Shown: piece after piece, positions 35,576 to 43,135 of the stretch
Position numbering within the stretch: the first letter of the stretch is position 1
Layout: each line of letters begins with the position of its first letter
Origin: Escherichia phage EK99P-1
DNA: 44,332 bases
Strand: one strand, 5' to 3'
Sequence record: NC_024783.1
The notes under the pieces: model-generated
Databases searched by the model: none
The model's input: the letters and a program-made list of their open reading frames with translations, nothing else
Told to the model about the DNA's origin: nothing
Position numbers and translations under genes: made by a program

Positions 35576-36061
35576 TTAATCTTCCAGTTCGAAATAAGTT
35601 TCGACGATTTCTTTAAGTTCTGTGTGGAAGTCTTCGACGTCTTCATCTTCCAGCTTGGCGATTGATTTGATCTCGAACGATTCCAGCAGGTCGTCAAATT
35701 CGTCGTTCGCGTCGTCGTCGTCACCACCAGCGATAATAGCGGCATATTGTTTGATTTCGTCGCGCATCTCAGCCAGCGGATCGGCATCTTTCTTGCCTTT
35801 GCCTTTCGCCGGGGCTTTTTTACCCTTAGCTGGTTTTACGTCATCAGCGTCATCGTCGTCGTCATCTTCTACGACTTCTTTTTTGGCTTTCGCCGGAGCT
35901 TCGTCGTCAGCGTCGTCATCTTCTACGACTTCTTTTTTCGCCTTAGACGGCTTCTTGTCTTCCTGCTTGCCAACGGCAGCGCCAACGGTTTCATAATGCT
36001 TAGCGATGGTTTCCAGTGCTACTACGCCGCGAGTAATCAGGTTTACGATTTGTTCAAACAT
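35576..36061 (-). CDS. highly acidic repeat protein (possible DNA mimic / anti-restriction candidate)
   Basis: 161 aa, runs of D/E, internal duplication AKKEVVEDDDADDEAPAK / AKKEVVEDDDDDDADDVKPAK. First gene downstream of the leftward early promoter. Confidence 0.5.
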   Translation of the reverse strand: MFEQIVNLITRGVVALETIAKHYETVGAAVGKQEDKKPSKAKKEVVEDDDADDEAPAKAKKEVVEDDDDDDADDVKPAKGKKAPAKGKGKKDADPLAEMRDEIKQYAAIIAGGDDDDANDEFDDLLESFEIKSIAKLEDEDVEDFHTELKEIVETYFELED

Positions 36062-36259
36062 GTTTTATATCTCCGATTGGTTAAGTTTAGGTGTCGACCA
36101 TTAACCTCGTCGGTGGCCTTAACATAGTGCCTGGTTACGCGTTCTCCCGTTCGGGTAGTGGACCAGGTTATATAATCACGGTTGGGAATCCTGACACTTC
36201 GATCCGGCCCCTGCGTTGCCCCTCTCCAGTTTGCGTCCTGCATCCTGTCGACGGAGTGA

Positions 36260-36288
36260 ATATTAGATTGGTTGCAGAATGGAGTCAA
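36260..36288 (-). promoter_or_regulatory. leftward early promoter (PL-like)
   Basis: Minus strand: TTGACT (-35), 17-nt spacer containing TGCAACCAAT, TAATAT (-10). About 190 nt of leader before the ATG at 36061. Confidence 0.5.
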
Positions 36289-36299
36289 CAACTAATTTC

Positions 36300-36334
36300 A
36301 AAAAAAAAAGCGCCGAGGCAAAATGCGACGGCGC
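36300..36334 (-). terminator. minus-strand intrinsic terminator between the divergent promoters
   Basis: Plus strand A10 then GCGCCG-13 nt-CGGCGC. On the minus strand this is hairpin plus U10. Confidence 0.45.
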
Positions 36335-36406
36335 TAACCAATAAGAGACAATGAGACGGGAATTATTATTACACGCGTGCGCGCCCGTTTCAATATATCA
36401 AAGGAG

Positions 36407-36452
36407 TTGACACCCTGCTGTTTTAGGTGTAGTTTCGTTGGTCATTAACCAA
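36407..36452 (+). promoter_or_regulatory. rightward early promoter (PR-like) with operator palindrome
   Basis: TTGACA (36407-36412), 17-nt spacer, TAGTTT (36430-36435), then TTGGT-catta-ACCAA (36438-36452) before the RBS. Confidence 0.55.
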
Positions 36453-36466
36453 CCGGGGACAGAAAA

Positions 36467-36796
36467 ATGAATATCAACGACGCAATCGAAATGTTAACTA
36501 AGACTGTTTGCAGTGAAACAAGCCGGTCCTGGGCGTATACCGATGCCGTGGGGGCGGTGCTATTTGAAATCGAACGCCTGCGACTCACCGAAAAAGAATT
36601 GCGCGCGAAGCTGGAATTACTCAACGGTACGGCAGCCAGCAAGCTGCAAAAGCACAATGAAGAAATGGAAGAATACAAAAAGCAGGTTATCCGTCTACGT
36701 GAGGAAGGTAAATCCTGGGCTATGATCGCCGAGCTAACCGGAATCAACCAGAGCACTGTGCGCTCCTGGGTACGCAATAATAAAACTTCCAAATAA
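36467..36796 (+). CDS. small HTH DNA-binding protein (candidate early regulator)
   Basis: 109 aa. C-terminal helix-turn-helix GKSWAMIAELTGINQSTVRSWV. First gene after PR. Confidence 0.55.
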   Translation: MNINDAIEMLTKTVCSETSRSWAYTDAVGAVLFEIERLRLTEKELRAKLELLNGTAASKLQKHNEEMEEYKKQVIRLREEGKSWAMIAELTGINQSTVRSWVRNNKTSK

Positions 36797-36806
36797 GGCT
36801 ACGACC

Positions 36807-39071
36807 ATGAGTTTAATTAAATTCGCCGTAACAAGACCCGCTAAAAAAGGCGAAAAAGCCAGGGCGGAAAACCTCCAGATGACCACCGATGAATTTTTCG
36901 AATTTATCAAAGATGCGAAAGAAATCTCATCGGTGCATATCAACAAGACGGAGGATAAAGCCGAGTATGCGCGCCGCAAGCGTAAGGCCGATGGCATCGT
37001 GGCATATACCAGTGACGGACTTCGCCGCAAGACCAGTGCGGTGGACCGCTCGATCCTGTTCTTTGATATTGACCGCACCGACACCCGCACCCTACGCCGC
37101 TGCCGTAAGGCGTTCATTGACGCGGGTCTGGAACACGTATTTCACACCACAACCGGCGACCGTCACCCACTGAAAGGCGGCACGCGTTGCGCCCGTTTCC
37201 TGGTGTTAACTGACAAGCCTGTACCGGCGGAAGACCTGGGCCGCGCCCAGTATGCCTTGTTAGCCCAACTGGGTCTGTCCGATGTGGACTTCGACGATTG
37301 CACGAAAGACACAAACCGCCTTATGTACCTGCCACACCAGCAATCTGTCATTAAATGCCACTACGGCAAGCGCGCCCGCGTCCGTCGTCTGCTCCGCCTG
37401 GCGGACAGGCTGGGAGTTGAGAAAGAGGAAGTGCGCCGCGAACTAACCCAGGGTGATGACGGCATGGCGGACGGTATTCTGGATTGGTGCTTCCAGGCAG
37501 GATTCGAACCGCTGTCGTCCGGTCGTGGTTATGAAGTTCCATGCCCGAACGAACATCTGCATAGTGGCGAAGGGTCCACCGCTATCATGGTTAAGGATGG
37601 CGAGATCCGTTTCAAGTGTATGCACACCGGCAACGAGTGTTGCTCGGAACTGAATAGACACCAGCACCTGGCGCTACGTCTCATCGGGATACCGGACCAC
37701 CTGAACGTCGAGCCGCACAACATGTCCCGTAAGCAAATCGCCGCCATCCTCCCAGGGCTGGACGACGAGGAAGTCGAATCCTTATATGAACATATTGTTG
37801 ATGCGGTTGGCGACGGCGAAGAATACGGCGTGTGCACCGATGCGGATCTGGATAACGAGCCGGTTGCGCTGTTCAGCAAGCACGACCCGATTATCGAGGG
37901 GTTGATTAACTTTAAATCAACTTGGTATATGGCTGGCGAGTCGAACATCGGTAAGTCTTTCTACGTGCTGGGGCAAATGGGTGCGGTTGCCGCGGGGATT
38001 CCGTTCGGTGGCGCGAAGGTAGTCCAGTCTCATTGCTTCTATTTCGATGCGGAAGGTGGCGAAGCCTCTAACCAGCGTAAGGAAGCATTGCAGATCAAAT
38101 ATGAGCACGATCTCGACAAGCTGCACATTATCGACCTGCAAACTCGCGGCTGGGATATCACCAGCAAATCCGGCTTGCGTGAAGTTATCAGCTTTATCAA
38201 CCGCACCGCTAACGGCGAACCGGTTGGCCTGGTGGCATTCGACTCCCTCAACCAGACTGTTGCGTTGCGGTCCGCCGATTCTAAACCGTTCGACGAGAAC
38301 AACGCCAGCGATATGGGCGAAGTGGTCAAAGCGCTGAAGGCCATTGCGGAAAATACAGGCGGCAGTGCGGGCGTCATCCACCACCCGGCGAAAGGTGCAA
38401 ACGGCAGCAGATCTCCCCGTGGGTCCGGCGCGCTGCATGGTGCTGTCGATTCCGCGTTCTTCCTGGAACAGCCGGACGACAATCAGCCTGGTCAATTGAA
38501 CCTGTATCACGAAAAGGCACGTAACGGCATCAAGCAAGCGCCGCGCGGCTTCGTCCTGCTCAAGTGCAAAGTTAAGGTAGATCTCCGCAAGTCCGAGGCG
38601 TTCGAATCGCACCAGTCCACCAGCACCGGGCCTGACTTCGGCGATGTGGTTGCCGGTTGGGACGTCAAGCCGATCGCATCCACGCCACGCGACGAGACTC
38701 TGTATCTCGTACCGGTCGCCCTGGCACCGTTCGCCATCGAACAGGCGAAGGCGGCGGGCAAAGCAGCAGTTAAGGACGAGAATGCCGCAGGACCGCGCAA
38801 CGAAAAAGAGAAAGTGCTTTATGCGGCGCTGGAAAAACTGATGGAAGATAACCCGGACCATACCGGATTCAGTAAATCGGCAATCGTCCGCCAGGCGGGA
38901 TTGGCAAAAGGTGGCACATCGACGAAGGCAATAGACGATATGGTGGAGCGCGGCGTGCTAGGTTTTTATACAGATCCGCATACCGGGGCCATCTATGGGT
39001 CGTCGAATATCGTCATAAAAACGAATATACCCATCACGCTTTCGGCGACCGATGACGACCTTAAAGATTAA
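36807..39071 (+). CDS. DNA primase / replicative ATPase (primase-helicase-like)
   Basis: 754 aa. N-terminal primase-like region and central P-loop GESNIGKS. Large early replication protein. Confidence 0.55.
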   Translation: MSLIKFAVTRPAKKGEKARAENLQMTTDEFFEFIKDAKEISSVHINKTEDKAEYARRKRKADGIVAYTSDGLRRKTSAVDRSILFFDIDRTDTRTLRRCRKAFIDAGLEHVFHTTTGDRHPLKGGTRCARFLVLTDKPVPAEDLGRAQYALLAQLGLSDVDFDDCTKDTNRLMYLPHQQSVIKCHYGKRARVRRLLRLADRLGVEKEEVRRELTQGDDGMADGILDWCFQAGFEPLSSGRGYEVPCPNEHLHSGEGSTAIMVKDGEIRFKCMHTGNECCSELNRHQHLALRLIGIPDHLNVEPHNMSRKQIAAILPGLDDEEVESLYEHIVDAVGDGEEYGVCTDADLDNEPVALFSKHDPIIEGLINFKSTWYMAGESNIGKSFYVLGQMGAVAAGIPFGGAKVVQSHCFYFDAEGGEASNQRKEALQIKYEHDLDKLHIIDLQTRGWDITSKSGLREVISFINRTANGEPVGLVAFDSLNQTVALRSADSKPFDENNASDMGEVVKALKAIAENTGGSAGVIHHPAKGANGSRSPRGSGALHGAVDSAFFLEQPDDNQPGQLNLYHEKARNGIKQAPRGFVLLKCKVKVDLRKSEAFESHQSTSTGPDFGDVVAGWDVKPIASTPRDETLYLVPVALAPFAIEQAKAAGKAAVKDENAAGPRNEKEKVLYAALEKLMEDNPDHTGFSKSAIVRQAGLAKGGTSTKAIDDMVERGVLGFYTDPHTGAIYGSSNIVIKTNIPITLSATDDDLKD

Positions 39072-39165
39072 ATTTTGCGCGCATTGGTTGCCATTTTGGG
39101 TGTTTTTATCTGGTCGTATTGGTTGCCGTGTAGTGTAGATATAATGAATAGTTATGCAATAAAAC

Positions 39166-39334
39166 TGCATAAACCAAACGGGACAGAAAGCGGGACAAAC
39201 AAGGGGCGGGACAAAGCGGGACAGCACCCCCGTCCCGCCCCGGATGGCGCGGCCTGGAGAGGAGCGGGACAGCGGGACAGCACCCCAGTCTTTCAGACTA
39301 GACGGGGGTCAGCGGCCCCCCTCGTCTGAGACTG
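39166..39334 (+). repeat. GCGGGACA iteron plus long hairpin element (copy B)
   Basis: 169 bp directly after the primase gene. Both flanks near-identical to 11788-11956, 34-bp central core divergent, one loop substitution in the hairpin. Confidence 0.8.
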
Positions 39335-39493
39335 CATAAAATCCGGGATTGCAAAATACACGGCAGCATGTTGCGGATTGCGGTCGTCGCTGAACTAGGC
39401 AACCAATGCGAGATGCGGAATGGTGGGTGGAAAATGCAGTTTGCAGTCACAGCAGATAGCGATCAACTTTTTCATGCGCGTGATTAATATTGG

Positions 39494-39535
39494 TTGCATT
39501 CAATCCGGCACCCGGCTATATTGGTTGCACACCAA
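39494..39535 (+). promoter_or_regulatory. sigma70-like promoter with downstream palindrome
   Basis: ATTGGTTGCAT (-35 TTGCAT, 39494-39499), 17-nt spacer, TATATT (39517-39522), then TTGGT-tgcac-ACCAA (39521-39535) and RBS GAGGA. Confidence 0.5.
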
Positions 39536-39550
39536 CATGAGGACTGAACA

Positions 39551-39841
39551 ATGAGAGCGTTAATCTGGAATTACACAATGGCAGTGGCAAAACAGGTCGA
39601 AGCGAGATATACCAACGGCAGAGCACCGTGGGAGCGCCTGGTAGCTCCGACCTGGTTTGCGATCATGGATGCGACCGCGGGCATGGAAGACCCCGAGCCG
39701 TTGCGCGCGGCTATCAGGGCTTACGCGCTTGCATTTGCCCGTGAACGCCTGGCCTATCGCTTCGGTATTGGCGATAAGGCAGTGACAAACGTCGCCCGGA
39801 TTAAAGCCCAGCGCGAACTATTCTCCCAGCTTGCGAAATAA
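39551..39841 (+). CDS. hypothetical protein
   Basis: 96 aa, RBS GAGGA, first gene after the promoter. Confidence 0.5.
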   Translation: MRALIWNYTMAVAKQVEARYTNGRAPWERLVAPTWFAIMDATAGMEDPEPLRAAIRAYALAFARERLAYRFGIGDKAVTNVARIKAQRELFSQLAK

Positions 39842-39850
39842 GGGGCCAAA

Positions 39851-40120
39851 ATGAGCCGTAGGCGCGCTAAACAGCTTTCCTGGCATATTCCCCTGCATTG
39901 CATACGAATATGGGCTAAGAATGCGAATGTGGGCGATTCTGTATTCTGGTGTTATCGCGATGACGTTAAGCCGTTGTCGCAGACTCGCTACCTGCACCAG
40001 TTCGCAGCACAACACGATTTCAGGGTGCGGACCTCCTTGCAACCAATGGGGATTCGTATTACATTACGCCGGAAGCCCGCCGTTGAGCGGGTAGGCAAAC
40101 ACTGGAGACTGAGCAAATGA
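39851..40120 (+). CDS. hypothetical protein
   Basis: 89 aa, basic, RBS AAGGGG. Confidence 0.45.
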   Translation: MSRRRAKQLSWHIPLHCIRIWAKNANVGDSVFWCYRDDVKPLSQTRYLHQFAAQHDFRVRTSLQPMGIRITLRRKPAVERVGKHWRLSK

Positions 40121-40308
40121 TGATTCGACTAAGCGACCAGGTGACGGACTCCGAGCTTGCGGAGTGGATTGCCGAAGGGTGGGTCAGTTATCGTTACGGG
40201 CCGCAGGTATGGGCTATTAAGCGCTGCCGTTGTGATATGCGCCCGCATAACGTGCGCAAGTTTATACGCAAGCATGGGGTATTTCTGGAGGCCGAGAAAT
40301 GTTACTAG
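40117..40308 (+). CDS. hypothetical protein
   Basis: 63 aa, overlapping start (ATGATG). Confidence 0.4.
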   Translation: MMIRLSDQVTDSELAEWIAEGWVSYRYGPQVWAIKRCRCDMRPHNVRKFIRKHGVFLEAEKCY

Positions 40309-40429
40309 GCGACTTCCCGCAGGAGCTTATGGACCTGCATATGTGCGTACTTGAATACGAACAGAACGGCATTGCTACGGTATGCGATGGCGACACGAAG
40401 ACTATCGACGAGATTGAGGAGACTGAACT

Positions 40430-41026
40430 ATGAAATTACTATTCCGCCGTAAAGCTGACGGTCGCATCCTGAAGCCGATCCAGACCCTGGATTCATACGT
40501 CCGCTTACAAAACGCGGCAGGCAATCGGGTATGGTGGGCGAAGAAAGACAAGCTGCAGGAAGACTGCGATATTCTCACACACGATATTGAGCGCGGCGAT
40601 GTGCTGCGTGATATTCGCGACGGTAGTATGTGGATCGTCGAATATGTCGGTCTTCATGGCCTGCGTATGCAAAACCGCAAGGATGGCGTAGCCGGTATGA
40701 CTTACTTCGGCCTTATCAACTACGAACGAGTGGGCCGCAAATACAGCCTTCGGGATCGCCAGCCGCATGAGCGGGCGAGCGCCATAGCGGACGCAGTTAA
40801 CCGCGTAACGCATGACGTGGCGCAGAAGACGCGTGTAGATTTCACCCGCTACGACTCCCACCAGGTGCAAGCGAAGATGGGCCGCGCCGTACACCAAATC
40901 GTCAATCGCTTCGATGCCGTGACGAATGCACAGCGCCATGCGCAGGAATACGGTTTTGGATTCATCCGGGTAGAACGCGACGGCAGCATGAAAGCCATCG
41001 ACCCGCGCTCGGTGATTCTGAGATGA
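40430..41026 (+). CDS. hypothetical protein
   Basis: 198 aa, RBS GAGGAG. Confidence 0.5.
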   Translation: MKLLFRRKADGRILKPIQTLDSYVRLQNAAGNRVWWAKKDKLQEDCDILTHDIERGDVLRDIRDGSMWIVEYVGLHGLRMQNRKDGVAGMTYFGLINYERVGRKYSLRDRQPHERASAIADAVNRVTHDVAQKTRVDFTRYDSHQVQAKMGRAVHQIVNRFDAVTNAQRHAQEYGFGFIRVERDGSMKAIDPRSVILR

Positions 41027-41147
41027 GTGCGACGATCCGAGATATGCTTCAGCATAACCGCTTTGAGATAGGCGGTCGGGTATTTCGCAATTACTTCGTG
41101 GCGCGTGCATGGGCGCGCCATATTGGCAAACCGGAAGGGGCAATTCG

Positions 41148-41435
41148 ATGTTACACGATGTGATTTATTGGTTTGGTTTGATCTGGGGGCTGTGCCTGCT
41201 TACTGCGGTGCTGTTGGTCGTCCTGTTATTCGTAGTATGGCCCGCCGTGGAAGCCGCCAGCATTACCCGCATGACGTTCGAGATCTACAAGCGCCGTGGA
41301 ATCACGGAGCACCCGACCCGGCTTCGGATGTGGTGGCTGTGGTATCGGGATATGATAGGCGGTCGAACATTTGAAGCCGTCCGATCATCCGGGTGGGAGT
41401 GGAAAGGCGTCGGCAAGTGGTCCATTTTCGATTAA
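41148..41435 (+). CDS. small membrane protein
   Basis: 95 aa from the ATG at 41148 (RBS GGAAGGGG). One long TM helix (IYWFGLIWGLCLLTAVLLVVLLFVVW). Confidence 0.45.
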   Translation: MLHDVIYWFGLIWGLCLLTAVLLVVLLFVVWPAVEAASITRMTFEIYKRRGITEHPTRLRMWWLWYRDMIGGRTFEAVRSSGWEWKGVGKWSIFD

Positions 41436-41453
41436 TTATGCAAGCGTGATATA

Positions 41454-41487
41454 GTCCCAGTGAGCTAAAACTTACTGGGACTTTTTT
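41454..41487 (+). terminator. rho-independent terminator abutting the holin start codon
   Basis: GTCCCAGT-12 nt-ACTGGGAC followed by TTTTTT, then the ATG at 41488. Confidence 0.5.
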
Positions 41488-41778
41488 ATGGATAAGCTAA
41501 ACGAGTGGTTATTCGCCATTGCGTGTCTTGCTGGTGGCTTCGTAGGCGCACGCATTCATGGCGAGGCAACGAAAGGGCCGTTGAACTTCGTTTTATATGT
41601 CGTAGTTGGATTCCTGTGCGCCATATTTGGTGCGCCAGCTATCGCCGAGTGGGCTGGTTTATCTGGCGAGCGCACTGTCGCCGGTTTGGGCTTCGTAACT
41701 GCTATCTTCTGGATGCCAATAGCCGCCCGGATCAGGGAGACTATTGAGTCGTTCCGACTTCCGGGGGGCGCAAAATGA
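41488..41778 (+). CDS. holin (putative)
   Basis: 96 aa with about three TM segments, immediately upstream of a second membrane protein and the endolysin. Confidence 0.55.
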   Translation: MDKLNEWLFAIACLAGGFVGARIHGEATKGPLNFVLYVVVGFLCAIFGAPAIAEWAGLSGERTVAGLGFVTAIFWMPIAARIRETIESFRLPGGAK

Positions 41779-42020
41779 TTATCTCCGTCCTGTTGTTTGT
41801 TATCATAGGGGCTTCGTCCCTGTTTAACGTGTATGCGCCGTCCGTCCAGGATGGCTTCTTCGGTCGGGTGTTATATCTGCTAACGGCAATGACCTGTATT
41901 GTCGGTCTGTTGCAAACAGGAGACGTATCTGACACCACCTGGACCGCGTTAATCTGGTTGTTTGCATTGCGCACGCTGCGTAATGCTGTTTTGAATGGGG
42001 TAAAACATGCGATTCAGTGA
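41775..42020 (+). CDS. second holin / antiholin-like membrane protein
   Basis: 81 aa with two to three TM helices, overlaps both neighbours. Confidence 0.45.
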   Translation: MIISVLLFVIIGASSLFNVYAPSVQDGFFGRVLYLLTAMTCIVGLLQTGDVSDTTWTALIWLFALRTLRNAVLNGVKHAIQ

Positions 42021-42498
42021 CAACGGTCTACGATTTACGGCAGCATGGGAGACTTTCATCCCGGTGCCGTATTTCGCGACCAAGAAAGAGCAGGCCCGCG
42101 GCCTGTACACCTGGGGCTATGGTCATACTGGCACTAATCCGCCTCGAAGCATTACCCGTGCGGAAGCGCTGGAACTGCTCAAGCGTGATGTGGCGTATGC
42201 CGAGGACTGGGTGAACAAATACGCGCATAAGAGCATTAACCAGGCGCAATTCGACGCGCTGGTGGACCTGGTAATCAACGCTGGCCCTGGTCCGATCGTA
42301 CCGGATGACGTCGCGAATGATTTCGATGATGCGGTGCGGTTGGGCGACTGGGCGAAGGTCCGTGCTACGCTGCCGCTATTCCGCAAGCAAGGCGGGGAAG
42401 TGCTTAAGGGTCTTGTGCGCCGTGCAATCGGCAGACAGGCGTTATTTGATGGTAAGCAGTGGGACGTTGCCGAGCGAATCGGTCGTAACGCAGCATAA
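42007..42498 (+). CDS. endolysin, lysozyme (GH24-like)
   Basis: 163 aa. SDNGLRF...WGYGHTG matches the catalytic region pattern of P22/lambda-type lysozymes. Confidence 0.8.
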   Translation: MRFSDNGLRFTAAWETFIPVPYFATKKEQARGLYTWGYGHTGTNPPRSITRAEALELLKRDVAYAEDWVNKYAHKSINQAQFDALVDLVINAGPGPIVPDDVANDFDDAVRLGDWAKVRATLPLFRKQGGEVLKGLVRRAIGRQALFDGKQWDVAERIGRNAA

Positions 42499-42514
42499 TA
42501 CGAGGTGACACAGT

Positions 42515-42682
42515 ATGTTAAAAAGTATTCTTGATCATAATGCGGACGCGCTTGCCGCACTGGCTAAAACCGAAGATCCTGGCGCACGCGCTATCATCGC
42601 GGACACTATCAGCCACGCGGGGGTCTTCGATGCGAAGCTGCCAAGCCCGCCACCACCGGAAGAACCAGGCCCCGCAGCATAA
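42515..42682 (+). CDS. hypothetical small protein
   Basis: 55 aa (MLKSILDHNADALAALAK...), RBS GAGGTGA, followed by a terminator. Below the ORF-track cutoff. Confidence 0.35.
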   Translation: MLKSILDHNADALAALAKTEDPGARAIIADTISHAGVFDAKLPSPPPPEEPGPAA

Positions 42683-42688
42683 AACCAC

Positions 42689-42714
42689 AAGCCCGGTTAA
42701 TTCCGGGCTTTTTA
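42689..42714 (+). terminator. rho-independent terminator after the lysis genes
   Basis: AAGCCCGG-ttaatt-CCGGGCTT followed by TTTTT. Confidence 0.65.
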
Positions 42715-42776
42715 TTGCTTTACTTGCAACCAACTATCAGACTATACTGCGACCAATCAACGAGAGGAGTAATACT

Positions 42777-43004
42777 ATGGAACCTGAATTAATCTGCATG
42801 GTCATCTGTCATGAATCTGCTACGCGCGCCGTAATCACGTATCTGGAATATGGTGTTTTCCTGATTGACGATAAGTATTACGTTATGAATGAGCACGGGA
42901 ACTGGACTGAAGTATTCAAGTTTAGCGATACGCGCGGTGTATGGATAACTATCGACGGCATAAGCGCCGCTTTCACTGAGATTGAGTTACACTATGGCAC
43001 GTAA
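42777..43004 (+). CDS. hypothetical protein
   Basis: 75 aa, RBS GAGAGGAG, preceded by TTGCAACCAA and TATACTGCGACCAAT elements. Confidence 0.5.
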   Translation: MEPELICMVICHESATRAVITYLEYGVFLIDDKYYVMNEHGNWTEVFKFSDTRGVWITIDGISAAFTEIELHYGT

Positions 43005-43135
43005 AGATATTTGGGTATTAGCGATCTGGACCACCGCGGCTTTTATCGGCATGGTTATTTGCGAATTGATATAGCCCGCCGCCATACGGACCGTGGTATA
43101 TTGTCCACGGTCCACTAATCAGGAATTAATTAAAT

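Noticed and set aside
35622-35996. Plus-strand ORF 35622-35996 (Ser-rich, 124 aa) and minus ORF 35539-35787.
   Set aside because: Antisense or frame-shifted artefacts of the low-complexity acidic gene 35576-36061.
36043-36291. Minus-strand ORF 36043-36291 (82 aa) in the PL leader.
   Set aside because: It spans the promoter and 5' leader of the acidic gene with no RBS. The region is better explained as an untranslated leader.
39075-39329. ORF 39075-39329 (84 aa) overlapping iteron copy B.
   Set aside because: Same reasoning. It reads through the repeat and hairpin and has no credible start context.
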